A DNA stretch of 64,000 nt from Pelagibacteraceae bacterium. GTDB lineage: Bacteria; Pseudomonadota; Alphaproteobacteria; Pelagibacterales; AG-422-B15. The stretch lies in the NCBI GenBank assembly GCA_038103905.1, contig JAYNZW010000008.1, forward strand, positions 9,005-73,004, given 5' to 3'. The notes below the pieces were generated by a model. That model was given only the letters and a program-made list of their open reading frames with translations. It did no database searches and was not told the DNA's origin. Positions 1-8,636 of the stretch are shown piece after piece; position 1 is the stretch's first letter, and each line of letters begins with the position of its first letter. Both the position numbers and the translations under genes were made by a program.

Positions 1-20
1 CAAGGTTTGAGAGGATCAAT

Positions 21-1343
21 ATGGCAAACACTACACCTACGACTAATTCACTAGAGAATTATTTCTTACCCTTTACTGCAAATAAGGATTTTAAAAAAGA
101 TCCGAGATTACTAGATAGAGGTGAGGGCGTTTATTATTGGAATCATAAAGGCGATACTGTGATTGATGCATCTTCAGGGTTATTTTGTGTTCCATTGGGT
201 CACGGTAGAAAAGAAATTGCTGAGGCTGTTCATAATCAATTACTAAAATTAGATTATTCACCAAGTTTCCAAGTTTCTCACTTACCAGCTTTTGCCTGCG
301 CTGAAAAAGTTGCAAATATGCTTCCAGGAGATCTTAACAATGTTTTTTTCACGATATGTGGTTCGACCGCAATAGACTCTGCAATTAAAATTGTACAAGC
401 ATATCAACATGCAATTGGACAATCTCATCGAATGAAATTTGTATCACGTGAGAGAGCTTATCATGGAGTGAATATTGGAGGAACCTCACTGAGTGGGATG
501 ATAAAGAACAGAGAAATTTTCACCGCATCCATGCCCGGTGTAATTCATTTAAGACATACATGGATGGAGGAAAACAAGTTTACCAAAGGACAGCCAGAAC
601 ATGGTGCTCATCTGGCAGATGATCTTCAACGTTTTGTAGATATGTATGGTCCTGAGTCTATCGCTGCATGTTTTGTTGAACCAATTGCAGGCTCAACAGG
701 TACTTTGGTCCCACCTAAAGGCTATTTGGAGAAATTAAGAGCGACATGTGACAAGTATGGAATTGTTTTAATCTTTGATGAGGTAATTACTGGTTTTGGT
801 AGAACTGGAAAGTCGTTCGGATCGGTTAAATATAACGTTCAGCCTGATATGGTGACTATGGCCAAAGCTATAACAAATGGCGCACAGCCAATGGGAGCGG
901 TTGGAGTCTCTGACAAAATTTACAATGCTATTGTTGATAATGGTCCAGAGCATGGAGTTGAATTTTTCCATGGCTATACATACTCAGGTCATCCAGCATG
1001 TGTTGCAGCATCATTAGCGACTTTGGATATATATGAAAAGGAAGATATTTTTGCAAGAGCTGAAAAAATGTCACCTTATTTTCTTGATGCTGTATTTGAT
1101 GCATTTAAAGATGTGCCAGCAGTAACTGACGTACGTGGTGACGGCATGATGGCTGCTATAGATCTTGCTGTAGACAAAACACCAGGAGTAAGAGGTTACC
1201 ATGCTCAAAGAAAAACTTTTGAGAATGGAGTTCATATCAAATTTACTGGTGACTCAGGAATAATTGCTCCGGCATTAATTGCTGAAGAAAAGCATATTGA
1301 TGAGATGATACAAAAAATTAAGGATGTCGTTGTCAAATACTAA
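21..1343 (+). CDS. Class-III (omega-amino acid:pyruvate) PLP aminotransferase; candidate taurine:pyruvate aminotransferase
   Basis: 440-aa ORF with ATG preceded by GAGAGGA. Class-III motifs DEVITGFGRTG and PLP-lysine region TMAKAITNG. Same-strand cluster with xsc and ald. Confidence 0.8.
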   Translation: MANTTPTTNSLENYFLPFTANKDFKKDPRLLDRGEGVYYWNHKGDTVIDASSGLFCVPLGHGRKEIAEAVHNQLLKLDYSPSFQVSHLPAFACAEKVANMLPGDLNNVFFTICGSTAIDSAIKIVQAYQHAIGQSHRMKFVSRERAYHGVNIGGTSLSGMIKNREIFTASMPGVIHLRHTWMEENKFTKGQPEHGAHLADDLQRFVDMYGPESIAACFVEPIAGSTGTLVPPKGYLEKLRATCDKYGIVLIFDEVITGFGRTGKSFGSVKYNVQPDMVTMAKAITNGAQPMGAVGVSDKIYNAIVDNGPEHGVEFFHGYTYSGHPACVAASLATLDIYEKEDIFARAEKMSPYFLDAVFDAFKDVPAVTDVRGDGMMAAIDLAVDKTPGVRGYHAQRKTFENGVHIKFTGDSGIIAPALIAEEKHIDEMIQKIKDVVVKY

Positions 1344-1349
1344 GTCTTT

Positions 1350-3791
1350 ATGGCCAATATACCATCGCATTCTGAAGTTGTAGTTATTGGTGGTGGAATA
1401 GCTGGTTGTAGTATTGCTTATCATCTTGCAGAAAAAAATATATCAGTAACTCTTATCGAGAGAAAATCCCTTACATGTGGAACCACTTGGCATGCTGCAG
1501 GATTAGTGGGTCAACTTAGAGCAACAAAAAATCTTACTAAGATGGCTAAGTATTCAACTGAGCTATATCGAAAACTCAATGAAAAAGAAGATTTGTCTGC
1601 CGGGTTTCTAATAAATGGCTCAGTTTCTATTGCTGAAAATGAAGGAAGAAGGCAAGAAATGAGTAGGGGTGCCTCTATGGGAAGAAGCTTTGGTTTAGAG
1701 ATTGAAGAGATATCAATTGATCAAGCTAAAGAAAAATATCCTTTGTTAGATACAAAGTATGCAAAGGCTGCATGGTTTTTACCTCAGGATGGACAGATTA
1801 ATCCCGTAGACATAACAATGTGCTTGGCAAAAGAAGCTAGAAGAATGGGCGCTAAAATAATTGAAAAAAATAAGGTCATTGCTATCGAACAAGAGGGAGA
1901 TAAGGTTACAAAAGTAATTACTGAATTAGGTGATATTTCTTGTGACAAGATTGTTATATCAGCTGGAATGTGGAGTAGAGAGGTTGGTAAGATGTGTGGT
2001 GTGAGTATACCCCTCCATGCATGTGAACATTTTTATGCTGTTACTGAATACTCTGAAGATATACCAAAAAATTTACCAATATTAAGAAATCCTGATGCGC
2101 ATATATATGTAAAAGAAGATGCTGGTAAATTATTAATAGGAGCCTTTGAAAAAAAAGCAAAGCCATGGGGAATGAATGGCATTCCAGAAGATTTTGAATT
2201 TGATAGTTTGCCAAATGATATGGAGCATTTTAGTCCAATTCTTATCGATGCAATGGATCGACTGCCTATTTTAAATGATCTTGGAATCAAGACTTATTTT
2301 AATGGTCCAGAGAGCTTCACTCCTGATGATCGGTATTACTTAGGAAAAGTTCCTTACAAAGATAATATTTTTGTATCTACAGGATTTAATTCAATTGGAA
2401 TTCAATCAGCTGGCGGTGTTGGCAAAGTTATGGCTGAATGGATTGATCAAGATAGAAGTAAAATAGATTTGTGGGATGTCGATGTTTCAAGAGTTTTAGA
2501 TTTTCAAGATGATACTGAGTATTTAAGGGAGCGAAGCTCAGAAACTCTTGGTTTACTCTATGCTGTACATTGGCCTTTTTACCAATTTGAAACATCAAGA
2601 AACAAGATCCAATCTCCAATATACGATCGCTTGAGAGAAGAAGGAGCATGTTTCGGAGAGTCTGCGGGATGGGAAAGAGCTAATTGGTTTACAAGAGATA
2701 ATCAAAAACCTGAATATGAATACTCTTATGGAAAACAAAATTGGTTTGAAAATGTAAGACACGAATGTACTGCGGTGCGAAACAATGTAGGTTTGTTTGA
2801 ACTAACTTCATTTTCAAAATTTATAATTAAAGGAAACGATGTAGTAAAATTTCTTAATTTTATGTGTGTTAGTGAAATGGATGTTCCGATTGGAAAAATT
2901 ATTTATACACAAATGCTAAATATTGATGCAGGAACAGAGGCTGATATAACTTTTACAAGACTTGATGAGGAGAGGTTTATGTTTGTTACTGGGCCAACAT
3001 CTCATAATAAAGATTTCTATTGGCTTTTATATCACTCAAAAAACTATGATATTCAAATAAGCGATGTTACTAAAGAATACGGATGTCTTGCAATCATGGG
3101 ACCGAACTCCAGAGAATACCTTCAAAGAATATGTAATGAAGATCTATCTAATGAGTCTTTAAAATTTGGTTTTTCTAAAAAATTAAATTTTAATGGAGTT
3201 GAGTGTATCCTTAATAGAATTACTTATGTAGGAGAACTTGGTTTTGAAATATATATCCCGTACGAAAAAATGTCCGATATCTTTGATAAGCTTTACGTTA
3301 AAAATGGGAATAGTTCAATTCAACTCGCGGGATATCATGCTTTAAATTCATTGAGAATGGAGAAAGGATATCTTCATTGGGGCCATGATATTGGAGTTGA
3401 AGAAAATCCTTTTGAAGCAGGCGTGGGCTTTTGTGTGAACTTTAATAAAAAAAATCCTTTTTTGGGACAAGATGCTCTAGAGAAAAAAAAGGACTCTGCA
3501 TTAAAAAAAAGAAAAGTAAATTTTGCCTTAGCTAACAATGATTTACTCATGTATCATAATGAACCTATTTTTTTTGATGGTAAAATTGTTGGAGAGATCA
3601 CATCAGGTATGTATGGATTCTATTTAGACAAATCTCTAGGTATGGGATACATTTCAGCTAACGACAGCTATTCAATTGAGGAAATGTTAAAGCTTCAAAA
3701 GTTTGAAATTGAAGTAGCAGAAACTAAATATAAAGCAAAAGGATCAATTAAATGTTTTTATGATCCTGACAGAGAAAAGATATTAATATAA
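1350..3791 (+). CDS. FAD-dependent amine oxidoreductase fused to a GcvT/aminomethyltransferase-like domain (dimethylglycine/sarcosine dehydrogenase family)
   Basis: 813-aa ORF. FAD fold VVVIGGGIAGCSIAYHL, covalent-flavin-type motif GTTWHAAGL, and C-terminal GcvT-like region (GYHALNSLRMEKGY). Starts 6 nt after the upstream stop. Confidence 0.8.
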   Translation: MANIPSHSEVVVIGGGIAGCSIAYHLAEKNISVTLIERKSLTCGTTWHAAGLVGQLRATKNLTKMAKYSTELYRKLNEKEDLSAGFLINGSVSIAENEGRRQEMSRGASMGRSFGLEIEEISIDQAKEKYPLLDTKYAKAAWFLPQDGQINPVDITMCLAKEARRMGAKIIEKNKVIAIEQEGDKVTKVITELGDISCDKIVISAGMWSREVGKMCGVSIPLHACEHFYAVTEYSEDIPKNLPILRNPDAHIYVKEDAGKLLIGAFEKKAKPWGMNGIPEDFEFDSLPNDMEHFSPILIDAMDRLPILNDLGIKTYFNGPESFTPDDRYYLGKVPYKDNIFVSTGFNSIGIQSAGGVGKVMAEWIDQDRSKIDLWDVDVSRVLDFQDDTEYLRERSSETLGLLYAVHWPFYQFETSRNKIQSPIYDRLREEGACFGESAGWERANWFTRDNQKPEYEYSYGKQNWFENVRHECTAVRNNVGLFELTSFSKFIIKGNDVVKFLNFMCVSEMDVPIGKIIYTQMLNIDAGTEADITFTRLDEERFMFVTGPTSHNKDFYWLLYHSKNYDIQISDVTKEYGCLAIMGPNSREYLQRICNEDLSNESLKFGFSKKLNFNGVECILNRITYVGELGFEIYIPYEKMSDIFDKLYVKNGNSSIQLAGYHALNSLRMEKGYLHWGHDIGVEENPFEAGVGFCVNFNKKNPFLGQDALEKKKDSALKKRKVNFALANNDLLMYHNEPIFFDGKIVGEITSGMYGFYLDKSLGMGYISANDSYSIEEMLKLQKFEIEVAETKYKAKGSIKCFYDPDREKILI

Positions 3792-3803
3792 GGGGTTAGT
3801 GGT

Positions 3804-5582
3804 ATGACAAAAATGACAACGGAAGAAGCATTTGTAAAGGTTCTTCAAAAACATGGTATACAGCACGCATTTGGCATTATTGGTTCTGCATTCATGCCTA
3901 TTTCAGACTTATTTCCTAAGGCTGGAATAACTTTTTGGGATGTCGCTCATGAGAATAACGGTGGAATTATAGCCGATGGATACACACGAGCTACAGGTAA
4001 AATGTCAATGTGTATTGCTCAAAATGGACCTGGAATAACTAATTTTGTTACACCTATAAAAACAGCTTACTGGAATCATACCCCTATGCTTCTGGTGACT
4101 CCTCAAGCTGCAAACAAGACTATTGGCCAAGGTGGGTTTCAGGAAGTTGAGCAGATGGCCTTATTTAAAGATATGGTTTGCTATCAAGAAGAAGTAAGAG
4201 ATCCATCAAGAGTTGCTGAGGTGCTAAACCGTGTGATTTCAAAAGCTTTTAGAGGATCAGCGCCTGCTCAAATAAACATTCCAAGAGATATGTGGACGCA
4301 AGTAATTGATATTGAGCTTCCACCAATTATAAAATTCGAGCGTCCTTCAGGTGGATTAGAAGCTATTAGAAAAGCGTCAGAATTATTATCTAATGCTAGT
4401 TTTCCGGTTATATTGTCTGGTGCAGGCGTAGTATTAGCAGATGCAATTGAAGACTGTAAATCACTTGCTGAAAGATTAGACTCACCTGTTGCATCTGGCT
4501 ATCAACATAATGATAGTTTTCCTGGAAGCCATCCTCTAGCTGTTGGACCTCTAGGCTACAATGGATCAAAAGCCGCAATGGAACTTATAGCAAAGGCGGA
4601 TGTTGTCTTGGCTTTAGGCACTCGTTTAAATCCTTTTTCAACTTTACCAGGCTACGGTATTGATTATTGGCCAAAAGATGCATCTATAATTCAAGTTGAT
4701 ATCAATTCTGATAGAATTGGTTTGACAAAAAAAGTATCAGTTGGGATTTGTGGTGATGCAAAATTAGTTGCTCAACAAATTCTAGAAAATTTATCTGCAG
4801 ATGCAGGTAATAAAAATAGAGAAGAGCGTAAAGCCCTTATCCATCAAACAAAATCAGCGTGGCTACAAACTTTAAGTAGCATGGATCATGAAGACGACGA
4901 TCCTGGAACAACATGGAATAATGATGCTAGAAAAAGAGATTCAGATCGTATGTCCCCTCGAATGGCATGGAGAGCTATTCAGGATGGTCTTCCTAAAGAT
5001 GCAATTATTTCATCAGATATTGGAAACAATTGTGCTATCGGAAATGCTTATCCTACATTTGAAGAAGGAAGAAAATATTTAGCTCCTGGTCTGTTTGGTC
5101 CTTGCGGTTATGGGTTCCCATCAGTACTTGGTGCCAAAATTGGTTGTCCAAATACGCCAGTTGTAGGTTTTGCAGGTGATGGAGCTTTTGGTATCAGTAT
5201 GAATGAAATGACATCATGCGCGAGAGAAGAATGGCCAGCTATTACAATGGTAATTTTTAGAAACTACCAATGGGGTGCGGAAAAAAGAAATTCTATACTT
5301 TGGTATGATGATAATTTTGTTGGAACTGAATTAGACCCAGATTTGAGCTATGCAAAAGTTGCTGAAGGCTGCGGCCTAAAAGGCGTTACAGTTAAATCTA
5401 TGGAAGAACTTACCAATACCTTGAGAACCGCATGTGATGAACAAGTAAATGGTGTTACAACTTTTATAGAAGTTATCTTAAATCAAGAACTAGGAGAGCC
5501 ATTCAGAAGAGACGCTATGAAAAAACCTGTTGAAGTTGCCGGCATCAATCCAGATGATATGCAACATGAACAATTAGGATAA
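3804..5582 (+). CDS. xsc: Sulfoacetaldehyde acetyltransferase (ThDP-dependent)
   Basis: 592-aa ORF with AAGGGG RBS. N-terminus MTKMTTEEAFVKVLQKHGIQHAFGIIGSAFMP and ThDP motif GDGAFGISMNE closely resemble characterised Xsc proteins as I recall them. Length is typical. Confidence 0.8.
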   Translation: MTKMTTEEAFVKVLQKHGIQHAFGIIGSAFMPISDLFPKAGITFWDVAHENNGGIIADGYTRATGKMSMCIAQNGPGITNFVTPIKTAYWNHTPMLLVTPQAANKTIGQGGFQEVEQMALFKDMVCYQEEVRDPSRVAEVLNRVISKAFRGSAPAQINIPRDMWTQVIDIELPPIIKFERPSGGLEAIRKASELLSNASFPVILSGAGVVLADAIEDCKSLAERLDSPVASGYQHNDSFPGSHPLAVGPLGYNGSKAAMELIAKADVVLALGTRLNPFSTLPGYGIDYWPKDASIIQVDINSDRIGLTKKVSVGICGDAKLVAQQILENLSADAGNKNREERKALIHQTKSAWLQTLSSMDHEDDDPGTTWNNDARKRDSDRMSPRMAWRAIQDGLPKDAIISSDIGNNCAIGNAYPTFEEGRKYLAPGLFGPCGYGFPSVLGAKIGCPNTPVVGFAGDGAFGISMNEMTSCAREEWPAITMVIFRNYQWGAEKRNSILWYDDNFVGTELDPDLSYAKVAEGCGLKGVTVKSMEELTNTLRTACDEQVNGVTTFIEVILNQELGEPFRRDAMKKPVEVAGINPDDMQHEQLG

Positions 5583-6209
5583 TTTTTTTTGGTATATGTG
5601 CATTCTTGATGTTGCGCTACTTTTGTGATTAGGCAAAGCAATAAAAGGTTTAGATATCTTAATTTTTGATATCTGTTTTTTATTTTTCTCTATTTCATCT
5701 TTAAACCCAAGTTTTTCATAAATAGACTCAGCAATTGACAATATTAAATAGCCTTTATTTTTTGTAACTCTAATTAATTCATTAATCGCTTTTGCACCTA
5801 CATGTCCTGATGTTAGAACCCCAGTGCATAAAACAATATCAAATTGATTACTTCTAAGTGAAGTTTTTTTATTAAGAGACTCCTGAACTAGTCTTGTGTA
5901 AATTTTTTTATCTTTGGCAACATTAAGCATATCCATTGAATAGTCTAATCCAATAATATTCTTAAAATTCATATCACTTAAGGCTTCAGCAACAAGACCT
6001 GTTCCACAACCAGCATCTAATATTTTAGAATTCTTTTTTACACGTATGTCATGAGACATAATCTTCTTTAATTGAGATGGATATGCATAACCCCAATCAA
6101 TTAAATCCTGATCATAATCATTGGCCCAAGATTTATAATGTTGCTTTAATTTAACAGAGCTTTTTTCATTATAAACAATATCCAACCATTTTTTCCCCAT
6201 ATGCGACAT
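5574..6209 (-). CDS. Class-I SAM-dependent methyltransferase, substrate unknown
   Basis: 211-aa ORF with SAM motif I ILDAGCGTGLV. Its 3' end overlaps the xsc 3' end by 9 nt (convergent). Confidence 0.7.
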   Translation of the reverse strand: MSHMGKKWLDIVYNEKSSVKLKQHYKSWANDYDQDLIDWGYAYPSQLKKIMSHDIRVKKNSKILDAGCGTGLVAEALSDMNFKNIIGLDYSMDMLNVAKDKKIYTRLVQESLNKKTSLRSNQFDIVLCTGVLTSGHVGAKAINELIRVTKNKGYLILSIAESIYEKLGFKDEIEKNKKQISKIKISKPFIALPNHKSSATSRMHIYQKKLS

Positions 6210-6255
6210 CCTTTTATTTGTAAAATATAATGAATAGTATAAAAACTAGTCATAT

Positions 6256-7371
6256 ATGTTAATTGGCGTACCAAAAGAGATTAAGCCTCAAGAGAATAGA
6301 GTAGGACTAACCGCTGATAGTGTAAAGACACTAGTTTCAGAGGGAAATGAACTAATTGTTGAGACAGGCGCAGGAGTCGGATCTGGTTTTACTGACGAAG
6401 ATTATAAAAATGCTGGAGCAAAGATATATCAAACAGCTAAAGAAATTTTTGATATAAGTGAATTGATCATTAAAGTTAAAGAACCTCAAAAACAAGAAGT
6501 TGAACTACTTAAGAAAGATCAGCTGTTATTTACTTATCTTCATTTAGCCGCAAACAAAGAACTAACACTTGGACTTATGAATTCAGGCTCAACTTGCATT
6601 GCATACGAGACTGTAACTGATGATAATAATAGATTACCCCTATTAGCTCCAATGAGTGAGGTTGCGGGGAGAATTTCCATACAAGCGGGAGCTCGGTCTC
6701 TAGAAATGACTAATAATGGTAGAGGGGTTTTATTGTCTGGTGCCACAGGCGCTCCCGCAGCTAATGTTGTAATTATTGGATGTGGTGTAGTTGGTTTTAA
6801 TGCAGCTTTAATAGCACATGGTATGAAGGCTAATGTTATTTTGATTGATCAGTCTCAAAATAGACTTGATGAGTTAAAAGCATATTTCAATAATGAAGTA
6901 ACTACAGTGATTTCCAACCCAGAGTCTATTGAAGCAAATGTTAAAGATTGTGATCTTTTGATTGGAGGAGTTTTAGTTCCTGGAGCAGCAGCTCCTAAAT
7001 TAGTATCAGAAGAATTAGTTTCAAAAATGAAAGCAGGATCAGTTCTTGTAGACGTAGCAATTGATCAAGGTGGGTGCATTGAAACCAGCAGACCAACAAC
7101 TCATGCTGATCCTATATATTTGCAACATAAAGTAGTTCATTACTGTGTTACTAATATGCCAGGTTGTGTTCCTAGAACTTCAACAATCAGCCTTAATAAT
7201 GCAACATTGCCTTTTATTTCTGATTTATCTCAGAAGGGTCTTAATGGCGCATTGAGTTCTAATAAAAACTTCTTAAATGGTTTAAATGTAATGTCTGGAA
7301 TGTGCACTCAACAAGATGTGGCTAAGGATCTTGATTTAGATTTTTGTGAGCCAGATAAATTAATAGCTTAG
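6256..7371 (+). CDS. ald: Alanine dehydrogenase
   Basis: 371-aa ORF. AlaDH-type N-terminus MLIGVPKEIKPQENRVGLT and NAD fold VVIIGCGVVGFNAA. Confidence 0.9.
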   Translation: MLIGVPKEIKPQENRVGLTADSVKTLVSEGNELIVETGAGVGSGFTDEDYKNAGAKIYQTAKEIFDISELIIKVKEPQKQEVELLKKDQLLFTYLHLAANKELTLGLMNSGSTCIAYETVTDDNNRLPLLAPMSEVAGRISIQAGARSLEMTNNGRGVLLSGATGAPAANVVIIGCGVVGFNAALIAHGMKANVILIDQSQNRLDELKAYFNNEVTTVISNPESIEANVKDCDLLIGGVLVPGAAAPKLVSEELVSKMKAGSVLVDVAIDQGGCIETSRPTTHADPIYLQHKVVHYCVTNMPGCVPRTSTISLNNATLPFISDLSQKGLNGALSSNKNFLNGLNVMSGMCTQQDVAKDLDLDFCEPDKLIA

Positions 7372-8417
7372 ATACTTTTTACTGCCTGTGTAAGATTTTT
7401 AAGTTTTTTCATTGCCATTTCTCTTGAAAGGTAACCCAATCCACAATCGGGTGCAGCTATTAATCTTTCTTTATCAATATGATTAAGACAGTCATAAACC
7501 CTTGATCTAATTTCTTCAGTTTCTTCGATTTCACTAGAAGCTATTTTAATAAGTCCAAATATAATTTTTTTTGTTTTATATTGTTCAAGAAGCTTCAAGT
7601 CGTTATGTCTATGGGCATCTTCTATCGAGATCGTATCAATAAGTGAATCTTCTAAATTTGTTGCAATATCATTATATGAATGAAGGGGGGCTTTGGGATA
7701 ATTTTCAGAGTCAACTTTATCAGGGTAACCACAACAAATGTGTACTATTTTTTCAACATCTTCTGAAATACCATGAAAACACCGTTCGAGATTTTCAATT
7801 CCAAAATCATTGGCTTCCGTTGGTTTTCTTGCGAACAAAGGTTCATCAATTTGAATATATTTGCATCCAGCAGCAGCTAGTTCTTTTACTTCTTTATTGA
7901 TAACAATACTAAGATCTTTCCCAAGATTTTTGTCATTAAAATAAAAATTATCAGCGATAGTATCTGTTATAGTCAAGGGGCCTGGTATTGTAATTTTTAC
8001 TGGCTTGGCAGAATTTTTTTGATTGATTTTAAATTCCTTATCAAGAAATGGTTTAGAGAAATTTACTTTTGATACTATTGTAGGAAGAAAACACTCGTAA
8101 TTACCAGTACGAGCAGTTTTTTTTGTTAAATTTTCAAAGTCAATTCCATTTATGTATCTGCAATGGTGATGAATATAGTTCTCTCTTCTTACTTCTCCAT
8201 CAGTAACAATATCAATTCCACAATCAATCTGATCACTTATCACTTGTTCAACAGCTTTTTCTATTATGAATTCTTTTTTATTACCAAGGGCGTTCATCGC
8301 ATTTTGCCAATTTGCAGTTGGGCGATCTGTATCAGTGCCTTTTTCACCTTGAAACCAATCAGGTAGGTTTAAAAAATCTGGTTTTGGGTAAGAACCTATT
8401 GTTGTAGTCAGAATCAT
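7368..8417 (-). CDS. Stand-alone cobalamin-independent methionine synthase catalytic-domain protein (MetE C-terminal-like, 'core MetE' type)
   Basis: 349-aa ORF beginning MILTTTIGSYPKP. Zn-ligand-type motifs HICCGYP, SIEDAH and APDCGLG. Lacks the N-terminal half of full-length MetE. Confidence 0.7.
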   Translation of the reverse strand: MILTTTIGSYPKPDFLNLPDWFQGEKGTDTDRPTANWQNAMNALGNKKEFIIEKAVEQVISDQIDCGIDIVTDGEVRRENYIHHHCRYINGIDFENLTKKTARTGNYECFLPTIVSKVNFSKPFLDKEFKINQKNSAKPVKITIPGPLTITDTIADNFYFNDKNLGKDLSIVINKEVKELAAAGCKYIQIDEPLFARKPTEANDFGIENLERCFHGISEDVEKIVHICCGYPDKVDSENYPKAPLHSYNDIATNLEDSLIDTISIEDAHRHNDLKLLEQYKTKKIIFGLIKIASSEIEETEEIRSRVYDCLNHIDKERLIAAPDCGLGYLSREMAMKKLKNLTQAVKSI

Positions 8418-8636
8418 AAAATTAAATATAATTGTTTTTCAACAATTTAACATCATATCATAAGATTTTAATTTATGTATAGTTTTTATCTATTTATAAG
8501 AACTGCCTCATTTACTTTATGATGGAAAACAAACAATAAATGAAATTTTATTTTGAATTTAATAAAAGTTTATCTTTACAGGTACTCTTTTATGGATGAA
8601 AATTTTTTTATTAACTAATTAATAATAGGAGTAGCT

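Noticed and set aside
8418-8636. Riboswitch (SAM-II/SAM-V-like) upstream of the MetE-like gene, or small leader ORFs (15-19 codons) in the divergent spacer
   Set aside because: I could not find the conserved riboswitch core elements by eye, and the mini-ORFs lack RBSs. This needs an Infernal/Rfam scan rather than a call.
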